Source: Candidatus Omnitrophota bacterium (GTDB taxonomy: Bacteria > Omnitrophota > Gorgyraeia > Gygaellales > Profunditerraquicolaceae). Taken from it: a stretch of DNA of 64,000 bases. This document shows, piece by piece, positions 28,302 through 39,063 of this stretch. The DNA lies in NCBI GenBank assembly GCA_041650835.1, contig JBAZKL010000004.1, positions 230,900-294,899 on the forward strand, written 5' to 3'. The position numbers and the translations under genes were made by a program. Each line of letters begins with the position of its first letter. Position 1 is the stretch's first letter. The notes beneath the pieces are model-generated. The model was not told where the DNA came from. It saw only the letters and a list, made by a program, of their open reading frames with translations, and ran no database searches.

Positions 28302-29120
28302 TTAATACCGGGGAATAAGGAAAATATGGCCGATGATAGCGTCCGCCCAAAACATCGACAAGATCGCTGCCAGGGCTAAAAACGGACCGTAGGGAATGGT
28401 ATGATCTTTTTTGACCAGGAGGTTTAAGACGCCGATCACGGCGCCAAAGAAAGGAGCAAGGAAAAATGTTATCACCGCTTTTTCCCAGCCGAGAAAAGCC
28501 CCGATCATTGCCAGGAGTTTGACGTCACCGCCGCCCATGGATTCTGTTTCTCCCTGGATAGGGCCCTTCTTGAGTAATTTAAAATAAACCAGGTCGAAGA
28601 GGACCCCGGTCAAATAGATGATACCCCCTCCTATGATTATTCCGAGGAAGGACTGCAGGGCAGGATTGAAATCATAGCGTAACGGCTCCAGATGCACCCC
28701 GCGCGCGGCATTAATAAGGAACCCGACAACCAGGCCGCCCACGGATATCTCATCGGGAATGATCCTATGCTGGATATCCACGAATGTCGCGACGATCAAT
28801 CCCGCCACAAAAATAATATAGTAAACCGATTTAAAGCTGAAGCCGTAAAGGTTATAAAACCATAAAAAGCACAAGCCCGTCAAAAGCTCAACGATCCAAT
28901 ACCGCGGCGAGATACTTTTGCGGCAAAACCGGCATTTCCCCCCCAAAATAAGATAACTTATCAAGGGGACATTATCAAACCAGGCAATAGGCTTTTTACA
29001 ATTCGGGCAGAATGATCCCGGAACAACGACCGATTGCTCAAGCGGCATCCGGTAAATGCAGACATTCAAGAAACTTCCGACGATAGCCCCAAAAAGAAAG
29101 GTAAAAACCTGTTCGATCAT
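28302..29120 (-). CDS. pilD: Type IV prepilin leader peptidase / N-methyltransferase (A24 family).
   Basis: CPNC...CRFC zinc knuckle, polytopic membrane protein with conserved Asp residues. Confidence 0.8.
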   Translation of the reverse strand: MIEQVFTFLFGAIVGSFLNVCIYRMPLEQSVVVPGSFCPNCKKPIAWFDNVPLISYLILGGKCRFCRKSISPRYWIVELLTGLCFLWFYNLYGFSFKSVYYIIFVAGLIVATFVDIQHRIIPDEISVGGLVVGFLINAARGVHLEPLRYDFNPALQSFLGIIIGGGIIYLTGVLFDLVYFKLLKKGPIQGETESMGGGDVKLLAMIGAFLGWEKAVITFFLAPFFGAVIGVLNLLVKKDHTIPYGPFLALAAILSMFWADAIIGHIFLIPRY

Positions 29121-29965
29121 TTATGTTTTGCCATTTCATCAACCAAGGCTTTACGCATTACTTCAACCGATGGCTGCCTTCCCGTCCAATATTCAAATGA
29201 TTTCATCCCCTGGTACAAAAGCATGCCTAAGCCGTTGGAATATTTACAGCCTTTAGCCCGTGCTAACTGCAACAATTTTGTCTGTTGCGGATTATAGATC
29301 AAATCGTAGACGAAAGTAGACGCAGATAATTTATTTACATTCACTAATACCGGATCGAGCTCGTTCATGCCTATGGGGCTGGAATTGATCAACAGGTCGG
29401 GAACAACCTCAAGCAGGCTGTCAATGGAATCAACGGCTTCGACATTAGCAACTTCGAAATTCTCGGTGACCTTATCCACAATACTCTCCGCTTTCTCTTT
29501 TTGAATATCATAAATCAATATCTTTCCCGCCCCCTCTGCCGCTAACGACTGTACCACGGCGCGCGCGGCACCGCCTGCGCCTATTACCGAAACGGTCTGG
29601 TTATAAAGGCTTTTGACATACACATCCATCAAGTGCTGCAGGAAACCGAGCGCGTCGGTATTATGCCCCATGGTCCTGCCGTCACAGATCTTAACCGTAT
29701 TGACCGCGCCGATGACCCTTGCTTCTTCAGTCAATTGGTCCACATAATTAACCATTGTTTCCTTATAGGGGATCGTGACATTAAAACCACGGATATTTTC
29801 TTTAGCGCTCGACTGTAAGAACGAGCCTAACAATTCAGGCTGGACCTCAAAAAGCTTGTATTTAGCATTAATACGCAGCGCCTGAAAAGCCGCGTTATGC
29901 ATCGCAGGTGAAACGCTGTGTTTTACCGGATACCCTACTAAACCGTATATTTCAGGAGCACTCAT
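29117..29965 (-). CDS. aroE: Shikimate dehydrogenase.
   Basis: AroE N-terminal substrate domain and GAGGAARA NADP-binding motif. Confidence 0.85.
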   Translation of the reverse strand: MSAPEIYGLVGYPVKHSVSPAMHNAAFQALRINAKYKLFEVQPELLGSFLQSSAKENIRGFNVTIPYKETMVNYVDQLTEEARVIGAVNTVKICDGRTMGHNTDALGFLQHLMDVYVKSLYNQTVSVIGAGGAARAVVQSLAAEGAGKILIYDIQKEKAESIVDKVTENFEVANVEAVDSIDSLLEVVPDLLINSSPIGMNELDPVLVNVNKLSASTFVYDLIYNPQQTKLLQLARAKGCKYSNGLGMLLYQGMKSFEYWTGRQPSVEVMRKALVDEMAKHK

Positions 29966-31467
29966 AACATCTCCGTTTTGTTGATCGCGTCCACATACGC
30001 GCGGATCGCCGCTTCAATAATATCGGTACTGGAACCTCTCCCCGGGACAGTTTTAACTTTTGCCTTCAAGGTAAGGCTCACGTGCCCTAAAGCGTCTTTA
30101 CCGGAAGTCACCGCTTCTAAACGAAAATCTTCCAGTTTAAAAGTATTCCGCGTGATCTTATCCACTGCCTTGAAACAGGCGTCAACCGGCCCATCCCCGA
30201 TAGAGACGCCGCTTTGCAGCTTACCCTTCTTATTTAAAGTCACCGTTGCTTCAGGAGTGACCTTGGTCCCGGAATTGACCATGAAGCTCTCCAGCTGCCA
30301 TAAGGGTTTAACTACCCGTATCTGGTCCTCCACAATGGTCCGCAGGTCATCGTCATAAATATCCTTCTTTTTGTCGGCGACTTCTTTAAAGCGCTCAAAA
30401 GACTTATTTAATTCATCCTCGCTTAAATGGAACCCCAGCCTGCCCAGGCGCTCGCTAAACGCGTGGCGGCCGGAATGTTTTCCCAGCACCAGCCCTTCAC
30501 CGTAGAAGCCGACATCTTCCGGCTTAATGATCTCATAGGTTGAACGTTCTTTTAAAACACCATCCTGATGTATGCCTGACTCGTGCCTGAAGGCGTTGCC
30601 TCCGACAATAGCCTTATTAGGGGCAATAACAAACCCTGTCAGCTTACTGACCAGGCGCGAGGTATGGTAAAGGTGTTTTTTATTAATGTTCGTCCCCAGG
30701 TTCTTATAAATGTCTTTACGCGTATCCAAAGACATAATGATCTCTTCAAGCGCGGCATTCCCCGCCCGCTCGCCGATACCGTTGACCGTGCATTCCACCT
30801 GGCGGGCGCCGTTCTTTATCGCTGCCAAAGAATTCGCGACCCCCAGCCCCAGGTCATTGTGGCAATGGACGGAAATTACCGCTTTCCGGATATTCGGGAC
30901 ATTCTCCCTGATCGCCTTGATCAAAGCGCCATACTCTTGCGGTTCAGTATAACCGACCGTATCCGGGATATTAACCGTATTTGCCCCCGCCTTAATGACC
31001 GCTTCCAGCACCCTGAACAAAAACTCAAGCTCCGTGCGTGAAGCATCTTCGGGAGAGAATTCAACATCGGGGCAATATTTCTTCGCGTAACTCACCGACT
31101 CTACCGCCAGCCGAAGGATCTCATCTTCAGCTTTTTTAAGCTTATACTTCATGTGTATCTTGGAAGTAGCCAGGAAGACATGGATACGCGAACGCCGGGC
31201 GGCACGGGTCGCAAGATACGCCGCGTCGATATCTTTTTTTATCGACCTGCTTAAGCCGCAGATGACCGGACCTTTAACCAAGCGTGCGATCAAGCGGACA
31301 GCATCAAAATCGCCTTTCGAGGAAATAGGGAACCCCGCCTCAATAATATCAACACCGAGGCGCGCGAGCGCCTGAGCGACTTCCAATTTCTCTTTTTGGT
31401 TCAGGCTTGCCCCGGGCGCCTGTTCCCCGTCACGAAGTGTTGTGTCGAAAATCAAGACCTTTTCCAT
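29962..31467 (-). CDS. leuA: 2-isopropylmalate synthase (LeuA/CimA family, with C-terminal regulatory domain).
   Basis: DTTLRDGEQ...HCHND TIM-barrel motifs and a LeuA dimerisation/regulatory C-terminus. Confidence 0.85.
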   Translation of the reverse strand: MEKVLIFDTTLRDGEQAPGASLNQKEKLEVAQALARLGVDIIEAGFPISSKGDFDAVRLIARLVKGPVICGLSRSIKKDIDAAYLATRAARRSRIHVFLATSKIHMKYKLKKAEDEILRLAVESVSYAKKYCPDVEFSPEDASRTELEFLFRVLEAVIKAGANTVNIPDTVGYTEPQEYGALIKAIRENVPNIRKAVISVHCHNDLGLGVANSLAAIKNGARQVECTVNGIGERAGNAALEEIIMSLDTRKDIYKNLGTNINKKHLYHTSRLVSKLTGFVIAPNKAIVGGNAFRHESGIHQDGVLKERSTYEIIKPEDVGFYGEGLVLGKHSGRHAFSERLGRLGFHLSEDELNKSFERFKEVADKKKDIYDDDLRTIVEDQIRVVKPLWQLESFMVNSGTKVTPEATVTLNKKGKLQSGVSIGDGPVDACFKAVDKITRNTFKLEDFRLEAVTSGKDALGHVSLTLKAKVKTVPGRGSSTDIIEAAIRAYVDAINKTEML

Positions 31468-31468
31468 T

Positions 31469-32098
31469 CTACCTCAAATTAAAAGTTTTAACCGAAGACT
31501 CGAACAACCTTGCGTTTTTATTGAAAGTTTCCGCTTTGTCCGCGCAGGATATCGTAAAGCTGATGTTATTCTTAAAAAAGATATATACTAAATACTTCAG
31601 TTTAATTTCCAAAGTCCCCATGCTTACCGCCGATTCATACGTAAACGTCACACCTTCGCTCTTATTTATCGTGACTTTTTTGGGCTTTTTGATCACTTTC
31701 ATGCTGGTGCCCATCGCGTTTATGGTATTCAAATATTTCCTTGCATAATCCAGCTTTGATTCCGAGCTTAAAGCACTGATTAATTCCGCGACTACCGTGA
31801 TACTCGGATTCGATTTATTCTTTGTGTCCAGCGGATACGCGGAGAATACAGTTAAAATGCCCAGCCGCTGAGCGGACTGGTCGGGCGTTTTCGTAACGTC
31901 GTCGATAGTCTTGGTAACCATCCCCTGGAAAACCTCTCCCGGGGTTTGAAGCCATCCATCAGGAGAAATAAAGGTGAGCCCCATGGTTTTATTATCGTAA
32001 ACGGCTGATGCCGCCCGGGCAGGGCATAAAAACATTGCCCCCGAGAGAGTTAAAACAATCATCATTGCCGACGACAACAAAACTTTCTTAAGAAACAT
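31469..32098 (-). CDS. Hypothetical secreted protein; the ORF abuts the leuA start.
   Basis: Signal peptide (LSGAMFLCPARA); no family recognised. Confidence 0.5.
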   Translation of the reverse strand: MFLKKVLLSSAMMIVLTLSGAMFLCPARAASAVYDNKTMGLTFISPDGWLQTPGEVFQGMVTKTIDDVTKTPDQSAQRLGILTVFSAYPLDTKNKSNPSITVVAELISALSSESKLDYARKYLNTINAMGTSMKVIKKPKKVTINKSEGVTFTYESAVSMGTLEIKLKYLVYIFFKNNISFTISCADKAETFNKNARLFESSVKTFNLR

Positions 32099-32173
32099 AG
32101 GTTTCCTTTTTACTTTACTCCTGAATTAACCACTTACCCATGCCACCATTAACAAATACTTATATACCGTTAA

Positions 32174-32290
32174 TGATAAAGGCTAAAGACTAAATAACAA
32201 AAGAAGGTTAAAGTCTCAAGTCTAAATTTTAAAGTTTAACCTTTATTCTTTGAATTTCCTTTGTTATTTAAACTTTAATTTTTAGACTTT
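32174..32290. mobile_element. MITE-like element, copy G; a short variant lacking the GC core.
   Basis: Shares ...aaataacaaaagaaggttaaag / ttctttgaatttcctttgttatttaaacttta termini with copy C. Confidence 0.6.
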
Positions 32291-32486
32291 CCGTCAACCT
32301 AATTTTATGAATTTACAGGGGATTACTTCTTCATCCAGGGCATCATTAATGAGCAGACAACTTACGGAGCCTCATTTTTTACGCTTCCTACGACGTAAGT
32401 TGTAGGCCGTCAGGCCGTCTGCGAATTATCCCGCAGCGCGCGATGCGGCATTTCGAAGAAATGCGCGAGCGTTTACGCCAGGGAAG

Positions 32487-33479
32487 TTATTTCTTCATCC
32501 AGGGCATCATATCCCGCAGCTGCTTGCCGACTTTTTCAATTTTGTGGTCATCGCCTGCTTTTAATAAACTATTAAATTGGGCCCTGCCTGTTTCGTTCTC
32601 CTTGATCCATTCTTTAGCGAATTTACCCTTCTGGATCTCTTTAAGGATCTTTTTCATTTCTTTTCTGGTTTTATCGGTGATCACCCGCGGCCCCCTGGTC
32701 AGGTCCCCGTAACAAGCGGTATTGGAGACCCGCCGGCGCATTCCCGCGATACCATATTCCTGGATCAAATCCGTAATAAGTTTTAATTCATGCAAGACCT
32801 CAAAATAAGCGATCTCAGGCTGATATCCCGCCTCAACGAGCGTATCAAACCCGGCCGTGATCAATTCACTTACCCCTCCGCATAACACAGCCTGCTCTCC
32901 GAAAAGGTCGGTCTCTGTTTCCTCTTTGAACGTCGTTTCAATAACGCCGGCTCTTGTGGCGCGAAGCGCTTTAGCATATGCTAAAGCGATCTTCAAAGCA
33001 TTGCCGGTAGCGTCCTGGTATATCGCCACCAATGAAGGGACCCCTTTACCCTCCTCGTACATCCTTCTGACGAGCGCGCCCGGTCCTTTCGGCGCCACCA
33101 TAAAAACGTCGACGTTCTTGGGAGGTTTGATCTGTTTAAAATGGATATTAAATCCATGAGAAAAACAAAGGGCTTTCCCCTTCTTTAAATTCGGCTTGAT
33201 AGCTTCCTGATAAACTTTTGCCTGAACATGGTCCTGGGTCAATATTTGGATCACATCCGCCGATTTTGCCGCTTCGATCGCGGAAACGGGAGTAAACCCG
33301 TCTTGTTTGGCCTGTTCGAAGTTCGGGGTACCAAACATTTCAGAAACAACGACTTTACAGCCGGAATCGCGCAAACACAGCGCCTGGCCGCGGCCCTGGA
33401 TCCCATAACCGATGATCGCAACGGTTTTATCTTTTAACACATTCAAATCCGCATCGTTATCATAATATACTTTAATCAT
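32487..33479 (-). CDS. ilvC: Ketol-acid reductoisomerase.
   Basis: [17 protein letters not shown] Rossmann motif and the class I KARI C-domain. Confidence 0.9.
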   Translation of the reverse strand: MIKVYYDNDADLNVLKDKTVAIIGYGIQGRGQALCLRDSGCKVVVSEMFGTPNFEQAKQDGFTPVSAIEAAKSADVIQILTQDHVQAKVYQEAIKPNLKKGKALCFSHGFNIHFKQIKPPKNVDVFMVAPKGPGALVRRMYEEGKGVPSLVAIYQDATGNALKIALAYAKALRATRAGVIETTFKEETETDLFGEQAVLCGGVSELITAGFDTLVEAGYQPEIAYFEVLHELKLITDLIQEYGIAGMRRRVSNTACYGDLTRGPRVITDKTRKEMKKILKEIQKGKFAKEWIKENETGRAQFNSLLKAGDDHKIEKVGKQLRDMMPWMKK

Positions 33480-33571
33480 CTCTTTCCTTTCTGTAATGAA
33501 ACCCGCTTCAGGTATAAAACGGGCATAATACGCTATTTACCGTACGATGACCGGGAATACCCTTTTGATTT

Positions 33572-35008
33572 TTATATTATTTCCAGCAACGTTTCTACTA
33601 TTTTTTTGTCGTAACGAATACCGATATACTTCCTTAATTCTTCTTTAGCCACATCGACGCTCAACCCCTTACGGTACGGACGGTCAGTCGTCATAGCGTC
33701 ATAACTATCCGTTACCGCAAGTATTTTCGAGCCGAGAGGGATCTGGCTTTCTTTTAACTTATCAGGATACCCGCTTCCATCCAGCCATTCATGATGACTG
33801 CGGATAATATTGCATAGACGGGCAAGTGAACGTACCGGCTTAACGATCCCCTCGCCGATCAAAGGATGCTTCCGCATTATTTGCATCTCTTCATCAGACA
33901 AAGGGCTGGCTTTCCTCAGGATCTCATCAGTGATACCGATCTTGCCTATATCATGAAGCTCCGCGGCATCCTTTATATTCTTTATCGTATCGGCATCCAA
34001 GCCCAATTTCTCCGCGATCCTGACCGAATATTGAGAAACGCGGTCAGAATGGCCGCGGCTGTAATAATCCCGCGCCTCTACCGCCATTGCCAACGCGGAG
34101 ATTGTTTCCAAATACGTCTTTTCCGCGTCCAGATGAAGCCGGTCATTCTCAACGGCGATCGCCGTCTGAGAAGCCAGGTTCGAGATGATCAATAATTCAT
34201 CTTCCGCGAAGCTGCCGCCGGCGATCCTGCCTGATACCAGGAGGACCCCAATAACCCTGTCCTGATACAACATCGGCGAGCACAATAACGGCGGGCTAAA
34301 GATATCCTCCTCGGATTGATTGTTTATTTTCTGTAACGCGGGGACTAAGAGCGGTTTTTTATGTTTTGCCACCCAACCGGGAGCTTCTTCCCCGACCTTG
34401 AGGCGGATGTCTTCGATATTCCTGCCTATTCCCGAAATATTCTTAAGATACAGCTCTTGTTTTTCCTCATCAAGCAGCATTAAAACGCCCACACGGGCAT
34501 CTAACGCGTTAGCGGTTATTTCAACGATCAATTCCAGGAAAGTATCTATAGTCTGCAGCGAAGTCATTCCTACTGCCAGCTTTGACAACACATACTGCAT
34601 GGTCCGCTTAGAAGCCTCAAGGCGCTTAATATTACTTTCCAGGTTCTTGGTAGCTTCGCTGAAGGCCCTGGTCAACTGCGTGATCTCGCTTCCGTCGACA
34701 GGCGAAGAAACAGACAATCCCGGGATATCTTTTACCAGGCTTTTGGTCGCCTGTTGCGTCAACGCCTGGATCTTCATGATGGATTTACGCATAGCGAAAA
34801 ACCCCACCAACGCTCCGGGCCCGAGAAAAGCAATAAGCATAAAGAACGAATTTTCATCTAAAGAAAGCTTCCCCGTGGACTTGAACTGCCAAAACAAATA
34901 AACGATCACCAAGAACGGTACCAGCGACATCAAAATGAAAAGGATCGAGAATTTATGTATCAGCGGCGCGTTCTCTATCGAGGAAACAAGCCTTATTTTA
35001 GCGCTCAT
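33572..35008 (-). CDS. Membrane-anchored GAF plus HD-GYP domain phosphodiesterase.
   Basis: Two N-terminal TM helices and a GAF-like region, followed by HD (HDIGKIG) and GYP (DGSGYPD) motifs. Confidence 0.75.
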   Translation of the reverse strand: MSAKIRLVSSIENAPLIHKFSILFILMSLVPFLVIVYLFWQFKSTGKLSLDENSFFMLIAFLGPGALVGFFAMRKSIMKIQALTQQATKSLVKDIPGLSVSSPVDGSEITQLTRAFSEATKNLESNIKRLEASKRTMQYVLSKLAVGMTSLQTIDTFLELIVEITANALDARVGVLMLLDEEKQELYLKNISGIGRNIEDIRLKVGEEAPGWVAKHKKPLLVPALQKINNQSEEDIFSPPLLCSPMLYQDRVIGVLLVSGRIAGGSFAEDELLIISNLASQTAIAVENDRLHLDAEKTYLETISALAMAVEARDYYSRGHSDRVSQYSVRIAEKLGLDADTIKNIKDAAELHDIGKIGITDEILRKASPLSDEEMQIMRKHPLIGEGIVKPVRSLARLCNIIRSHHEWLDGSGYPDKLKESQIPLGSKILAVTDSYDAMTTDRPYRKGLSVDVAKEELRKYIGIRYDKKIVETLLEII

Positions 35009-35009
35009 A

Positions 35010-35486
35010 CTATTCGACTCCTATCGCTAAACGCCCTGTCCTGACAAGTTCCTGAATACCATAGGGGCTCAATAATTCAAGCAGCTGTTTGATCTGCGCC
35101 TGGTCACCCACCGCTTCCACGATCGCCGTATTAGCTTTGCCGCGGACCACGCGGGCGACGAACTTTCTTAAAACGTTTTCCAATTTATTCTTCTCTTTGG
35201 CAGGGCAGGTGATCTTAACTAAGATCAATTCGCGGTCAACATGCTCTTTCTTCGTATAATCGGTCACCTTGACAACATCGATCAATTTGTTAAGCTGCTT
35301 CTTGATCTGCTCAAGGATAGACTCATCTTTAGCATCGACAACGATCGTCATATAAGAAACTAAGGGATCGAGCGTCTCGCTCACCGCTAAAGAAGCGATA
35401 TTATACCCGCGCGCGCTAAAGAGTCCCGCCACCCGCGCCAGGACCCCGAACTTATTCTCGACTAATACTGATATCGTATGTTTCAT
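35010..35486 (-). CDS. ilvN: Acetolactate synthase small (regulatory) subunit.
   Basis: ACT domain N-terminus (ISVLVENKFGVLARVAGLFSARGYNI). Confidence 0.85.
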   Translation of the reverse strand: MKHTISVLVENKFGVLARVAGLFSARGYNIASLAVSETLDPLVSYMTIVVDAKDESILEQIKKQLNKLIDVVKVTDYTKKEHVDRELILVKITCPAKEKNKLENVLRKFVARVVRGKANTAIVEAVGDQAQIKQLLELLSPYGIQELVRTGRLAIGVE

Positions 35487-35490
35487 TTTT

Positions 35491-35568
35491 CACAGACACA
35501 AGACACCCGACACAAGACACCAGTAAGATCTTTTCCTGGTGACCTTGTGACTTTGTGTCATGTGACTC
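35491..35568. repeat. Imperfect palindrome built from acacaagacac words, between ilvB and ilvN.
   Basis: cacagacacaagacacccgacacaagacacc ... ggtgaccttgtgactttgtgtcatgtg. The same word family recurs at 43190-43300. Confidence 0.5.
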
Positions 35569-35569
35569 T

Positions 35570-37234
35570 TTATGCCAACCCCTCGATCATCCGGTTGATC
35601 GCTTCACCCGCAGGAACCATGGGGAAAACGTTCTCTTCAGGTTCTACGACAAAATCAATAAAAACGGTATTATCGATAGAAATTGCTTTCTCGATCGCTT
35701 TACGGACATCTTCTTTTTTAGTGACGCGGATACCTGCCGCGCCGTAACTTTCAGCCAGCTTCACAAAATCAGGCGAGCTGATACACACATGGGAATAGCG
35801 CCTTTTGTAAAAAAGTTCCTGCCACTGGCGCACCATTCCTAAATAACCGTTGTTAAGGATCGCGACCTTCACATTTATTTTATTATACACACAGGTAGCC
35901 AACTCCTGAATATTCATCTGGATCGAACCATCACCGGCAATATCAATGACCGTCTTTTCAGGGTGGCCCATTTTAGCCCCTATCGCCGCAGGAAAACCAA
36001 AACCCATAGTCCCCAGGCCGCCGGAAGAAACAAAAGTGCGCGGGTGATCATATTTATACCACTGCGCGGCCCACATCTGGTTCTGGCCCACTTCGGTGGT
36101 AATGATCGCGTCCCCTTTGGTAACCGAATAGATCTGTTCGACCACATATTGGGGCTTAAGTTTACCGTCCTCCTTATACCGCAAGGGATATTTCTTTTTT
36201 AACGCTTCAATAGATTTAAGCCATTCTCCCGTATCGGGGATTTCCTTAAGCTGCTCGATCAACTCACCGATAATGTTCTTGGCGTCTCCGACGATCGGCA
36301 CATCGACCCGGATATTCTTGCTGATAGAAGAAGGATCGATATCGATATGAATGATCTTGGCGTGGGGAGCGAAGGTATCGGTCCTTCCGGTAACACGGTC
36401 GTCAAAGCGGGCGCCTACCGCAAGGATCAAATCCGCGTCCATAACCGCGTGATTGGCGTAGGCCGTCCCATGCATGCCCAGCATGCCCAAAGATAATTTA
36501 TGCGTCGCGGGGAACCCGCCGATACCCATCAATGTCCAGGTAACCGGCGCGTGGATCTTTTCAGCCAGCGCCCGCACTATCAAATGAGCGCCGCTGGAGA
36601 TGATCCCGCCTCCGGCGTAAATGAGAGGTTTTTTTGCCCGCGAGATCAATTGCGCGGCCTTCTTGATTTGGCCCGGATGCCCGAAATACGTGGGTTTATA
36701 ACTGCGCATCTCAACCGTCTCAGGCCAAACAAAAGGAACATCCTGCATCTGGATGTCGGACGGGATATCGATCACCACCGGCCCCTGCCTTCCGGTTGAA
36801 GCGATATAAAAAGCTTCCCGGACTATGCGGGCCAGGTCAGAAACATCCTTCACCAGATAATTGTGCTTAGTGATCGGGCGCGTAATGCCGGTGACATCGG
36901 CTTCCTGAAACGCGTCATTGCCGATAAGAAAAGATTTCACCTGGCCGGTAATAGCCACCAGGGGGATGGAATCCATATGCGCGTTGGCGATACCGGTGAT
37001 CAGGTTCGTCGCCCCGGGCCCTGACGTAGCCAAACACACGCCCGTTTTACCCGTCGCGCGGGCGTAGCCGTCAGCCGCGTGCACCGCTCCCTGTTCATGG
37101 CGGGTAAGGATAAACTTAATATCGGAATCATACAGTTTATCAAAAATAGGCAGTACCTGGCCACCGGGGTAGCCGAACATGACCTCTACCCCTTCGCGCT
37201 TTAAACATTCTATTAATATCTGTGCGCCGATCAT
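35570..37234 (-). CDS. ilvB: Acetolactate synthase large subunit.
   Basis: TPP and FAD domains with a GDG...N motif. Confidence 0.9.
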   Translation of the reverse strand: MIGAQILIECLKREGVEVMFGYPGGQVLPIFDKLYDSDIKFILTRHEQGAVHAADGYARATGKTGVCLATSGPGATNLITGIANAHMDSIPLVAITGQVKSFLIGNDAFQEADVTGITRPITKHNYLVKDVSDLARIVREAFYIASTGRQGPVVIDIPSDIQMQDVPFVWPETVEMRSYKPTYFGHPGQIKKAAQLISRAKKPLIYAGGGIISSGAHLIVRALAEKIHAPVTWTLMGIGGFPATHKLSLGMLGMHGTAYANHAVMDADLILAVGARFDDRVTGRTDTFAPHAKIIHIDIDPSSISKNIRVDVPIVGDAKNIIGELIEQLKEIPDTGEWLKSIEALKKKYPLRYKEDGKLKPQYVVEQIYSVTKGDAIITTEVGQNQMWAAQWYKYDHPRTFVSSGGLGTMGFGFPAAIGAKMGHPEKTVIDIAGDGSIQMNIQELATCVYNKINVKVAILNNGYLGMVRQWQELFYKRRYSHVCISSPDFVKLAESYGAAGIRVTKKEDVRKAIEKAISIDNTVFIDFVVEPEENVFPMVPAGEAINRMIEGLA

Positions 37235-37320
37235 TTCTCAACTCAAAATTTAAAAGTAAAAATCAAAAATATGGAATAAACCTTTTTCCTGCTTTTTACT
37301 TTTGGCTTCTCACTTTTTAC

Positions 37321-38973
37321 TTAACTTAACACCGCCCCTTTATCCGCGGAACTTACCAACTTTGAATAACGGGAAAGATACCCTCGGGTGATCTTGGGAG
37401 GGACAGGTTTCCAAGACTTAAACCTTTTTTCAATTTCCTGTTTGCTTAATTTTACTTCTAATTTCCGTTTTGGAATATCAATGATTATTATATCATCGTT
37501 TTTCAAAATCGCAAGAGGTCCCCGCGCAGAAGCCTCGGGGGAAATATGGCCGATACAGGGGCCCTTGGTCCCGCCGGAGAATCTGCCGTCGGTAATAAGG
37601 GCGACGCTATCCTCCAACCCCATACCGACGATCGCCGCAGTCGGGGCAAGCATCTCCCGCATGCCCGGCCCGCCGCTGGGGCCCTCATAACGAATAACGA
37701 TCACTTCACCGCCCTTGATCTTCCCGTTTAAGATCGCCGCCATAGCTTCTTCTTCACGGTTAAAGACCCGGGCCTTGCCCTGGAACTGCATCATGGCAGC
37801 ACTTACCGCCGCCTGTTTTACCACGGCGCCCTTGGGTGCCAGATTACCGAACAAAACAGCAATGCCTCCCTGTTCATGATACGCCCGTTCAAAGGGACGG
37901 ATCACTTCTTCATCGAAGATCTCGGCTCCGTTGGCGATAGCGAATATTTTCTTCCCGCTTAACGTCAAAGTATTATTCAACTTGCTTTTCAAACGCTTCA
38001 AGACCGCGGGGATCCCTCCCGCATATTCCACATCTTCCATAAAATGCGTACCCGCCGGCTCCAGATTCGTGATATGGGAGACTTCTTTACTGATCTTATC
38101 GAACATCTTCAGATCAAGCGGTATCCCCGCCTCATGGCTTATTGCCATCAAATGCAGGATCGTATTGCTGGAACCTCCGAGCGCCATATCAACCATGATC
38201 GCATTATGAAGAGATTCTTTAGTAATGATATCCAGCGGCTTAATATCTTTTTTTACCAACGCAACTATCCGCTCGCCGCTTTCACAGGCGAGGCGCCGCT
38301 TCTTGGCGGAAACTGCCAATGCCGTCGCGCAACCGGGCAGCGACATACCCAAGGTCTCGGTCAAACAGGCCATCGTATTAGCCGTATATAACCCCTGGCA
38401 GGAACCCGCACCGGGGCAAGCCTCCATCTCCAGGCAGCTTAATTCTTTTTGAGAGATATCTCCCTTTTTGGCGCGGGCTAAGGCTTCATAGGTATCATGC
38501 ACAAAAGCAAGCTTGCGCTGTTTATACCGGCCGGAAACCATCGGCCCGGCAGTCACGATGATCGCCGGGATATTTAAACGCGCCACCCCCATAAGCATTC
38601 CTGGCGTGATCTTATCGCAATTAGTCAGGCATACTATACCATCAAGCTGATGAGCGTTACAGACTGTTTCGATCGTATCGGCGACGATCTCACGCAGCGC
38701 CAAAGGATAACACATCCCCAAATGGCCCATCGCAATGCCGTCGCATATACCGGGGATCCCGAATAAAAACGGGACGCCGCCGCCATAACAGACGCCGCGT
38801 TCAATATAGCGTTCCAAATCCCGCATGCCGATATGCCCGGGTATGAGATCGGTAAACGATGTCGCCACGCCGATGAACGGGCGCGCAAGGTCTTTCCTGC
38901 TCAAGCCCGTCGCGTGCAGCAACGCGCGATGAGGGACCCGCTCTAAACCAACTTTGATCTTATCAGACCTCAT
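37321..38973 (-). CDS. ilvD: Dihydroxy-acid dehydratase. The start is at MRSDKIK; the ORF-track extension is rejected.
   Basis: IlvD/EDD family motifs (CDKITPGML, Cys ligands). Confidence 0.9.
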   Translation of the reverse strand: MRSDKIKVGLERVPHRALLHATGLSRKDLARPFIGVATSFTDLIPGHIGMRDLERYIERGVCYGGGVPFLFGIPGICDGIAMGHLGMCYPLALREIVADTIETVCNAHQLDGIVCLTNCDKITPGMLMGVARLNIPAIIVTAGPMVSGRYKQRKLAFVHDTYEALARAKKGDISQKELSCLEMEACPGAGSCQGLYTANTMACLTETLGMSLPGCATALAVSAKKRRLACESGERIVALVKKDIKPLDIITKESLHNAIMVDMALGGSSNTILHLMAISHEAGIPLDLKMFDKISKEVSHITNLEPAGTHFMEDVEYAGGIPAVLKRLKSKLNNTLTLSGKKIFAIANGAEIFDEEVIRPFERAYHEQGGIAVLFGNLAPKGAVVKQAAVSAAMMQFQGKARVFNREEEAMAAILNGKIKGGEVIVIRYEGPSGGPGMREMLAPTAAIVGMGLEDSVALITDGRFSGGTKGPCIGHISPEASARGPLAILKNDDIIIIDIPKRKLEVKLSKQEIEKRFKSWKPVPPKITRGYLSRYSKLVSSADKGAVLS

Positions 38974-38995
38974 AGGTATCTCCTGGTGGAATATG

Positions 38996-39050
38996 TAGTC
39001 CATGGTCCATAGCCGACAGTCCATGGACTATGGACTATCAACCCATGGCT
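38996..39050. repeat. Palindromic element of gtccatag / ccatgg words upstream of ilvD.
   Basis: gtccatggtccatagccgacagtccatggactatggactat. A sibling element lies at 44606-44652. Confidence 0.45.
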
Positions 39051-39063
39051 TTCAAGGGAGCAG

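Noticed and set aside
9400-32300. Possible CRISPR array, given the recurring roughly 20-nt GC hairpins in AT-rich sequence.
   Set aside because: Copies are 2-15 kb apart rather than regularly spaced. Each is embedded in a 120-145 bp palindromic element in a different intergenic gap, copies occur in both orientations, and there are no cas genes. The pattern is MITE- or REP-like, not CRISPR.
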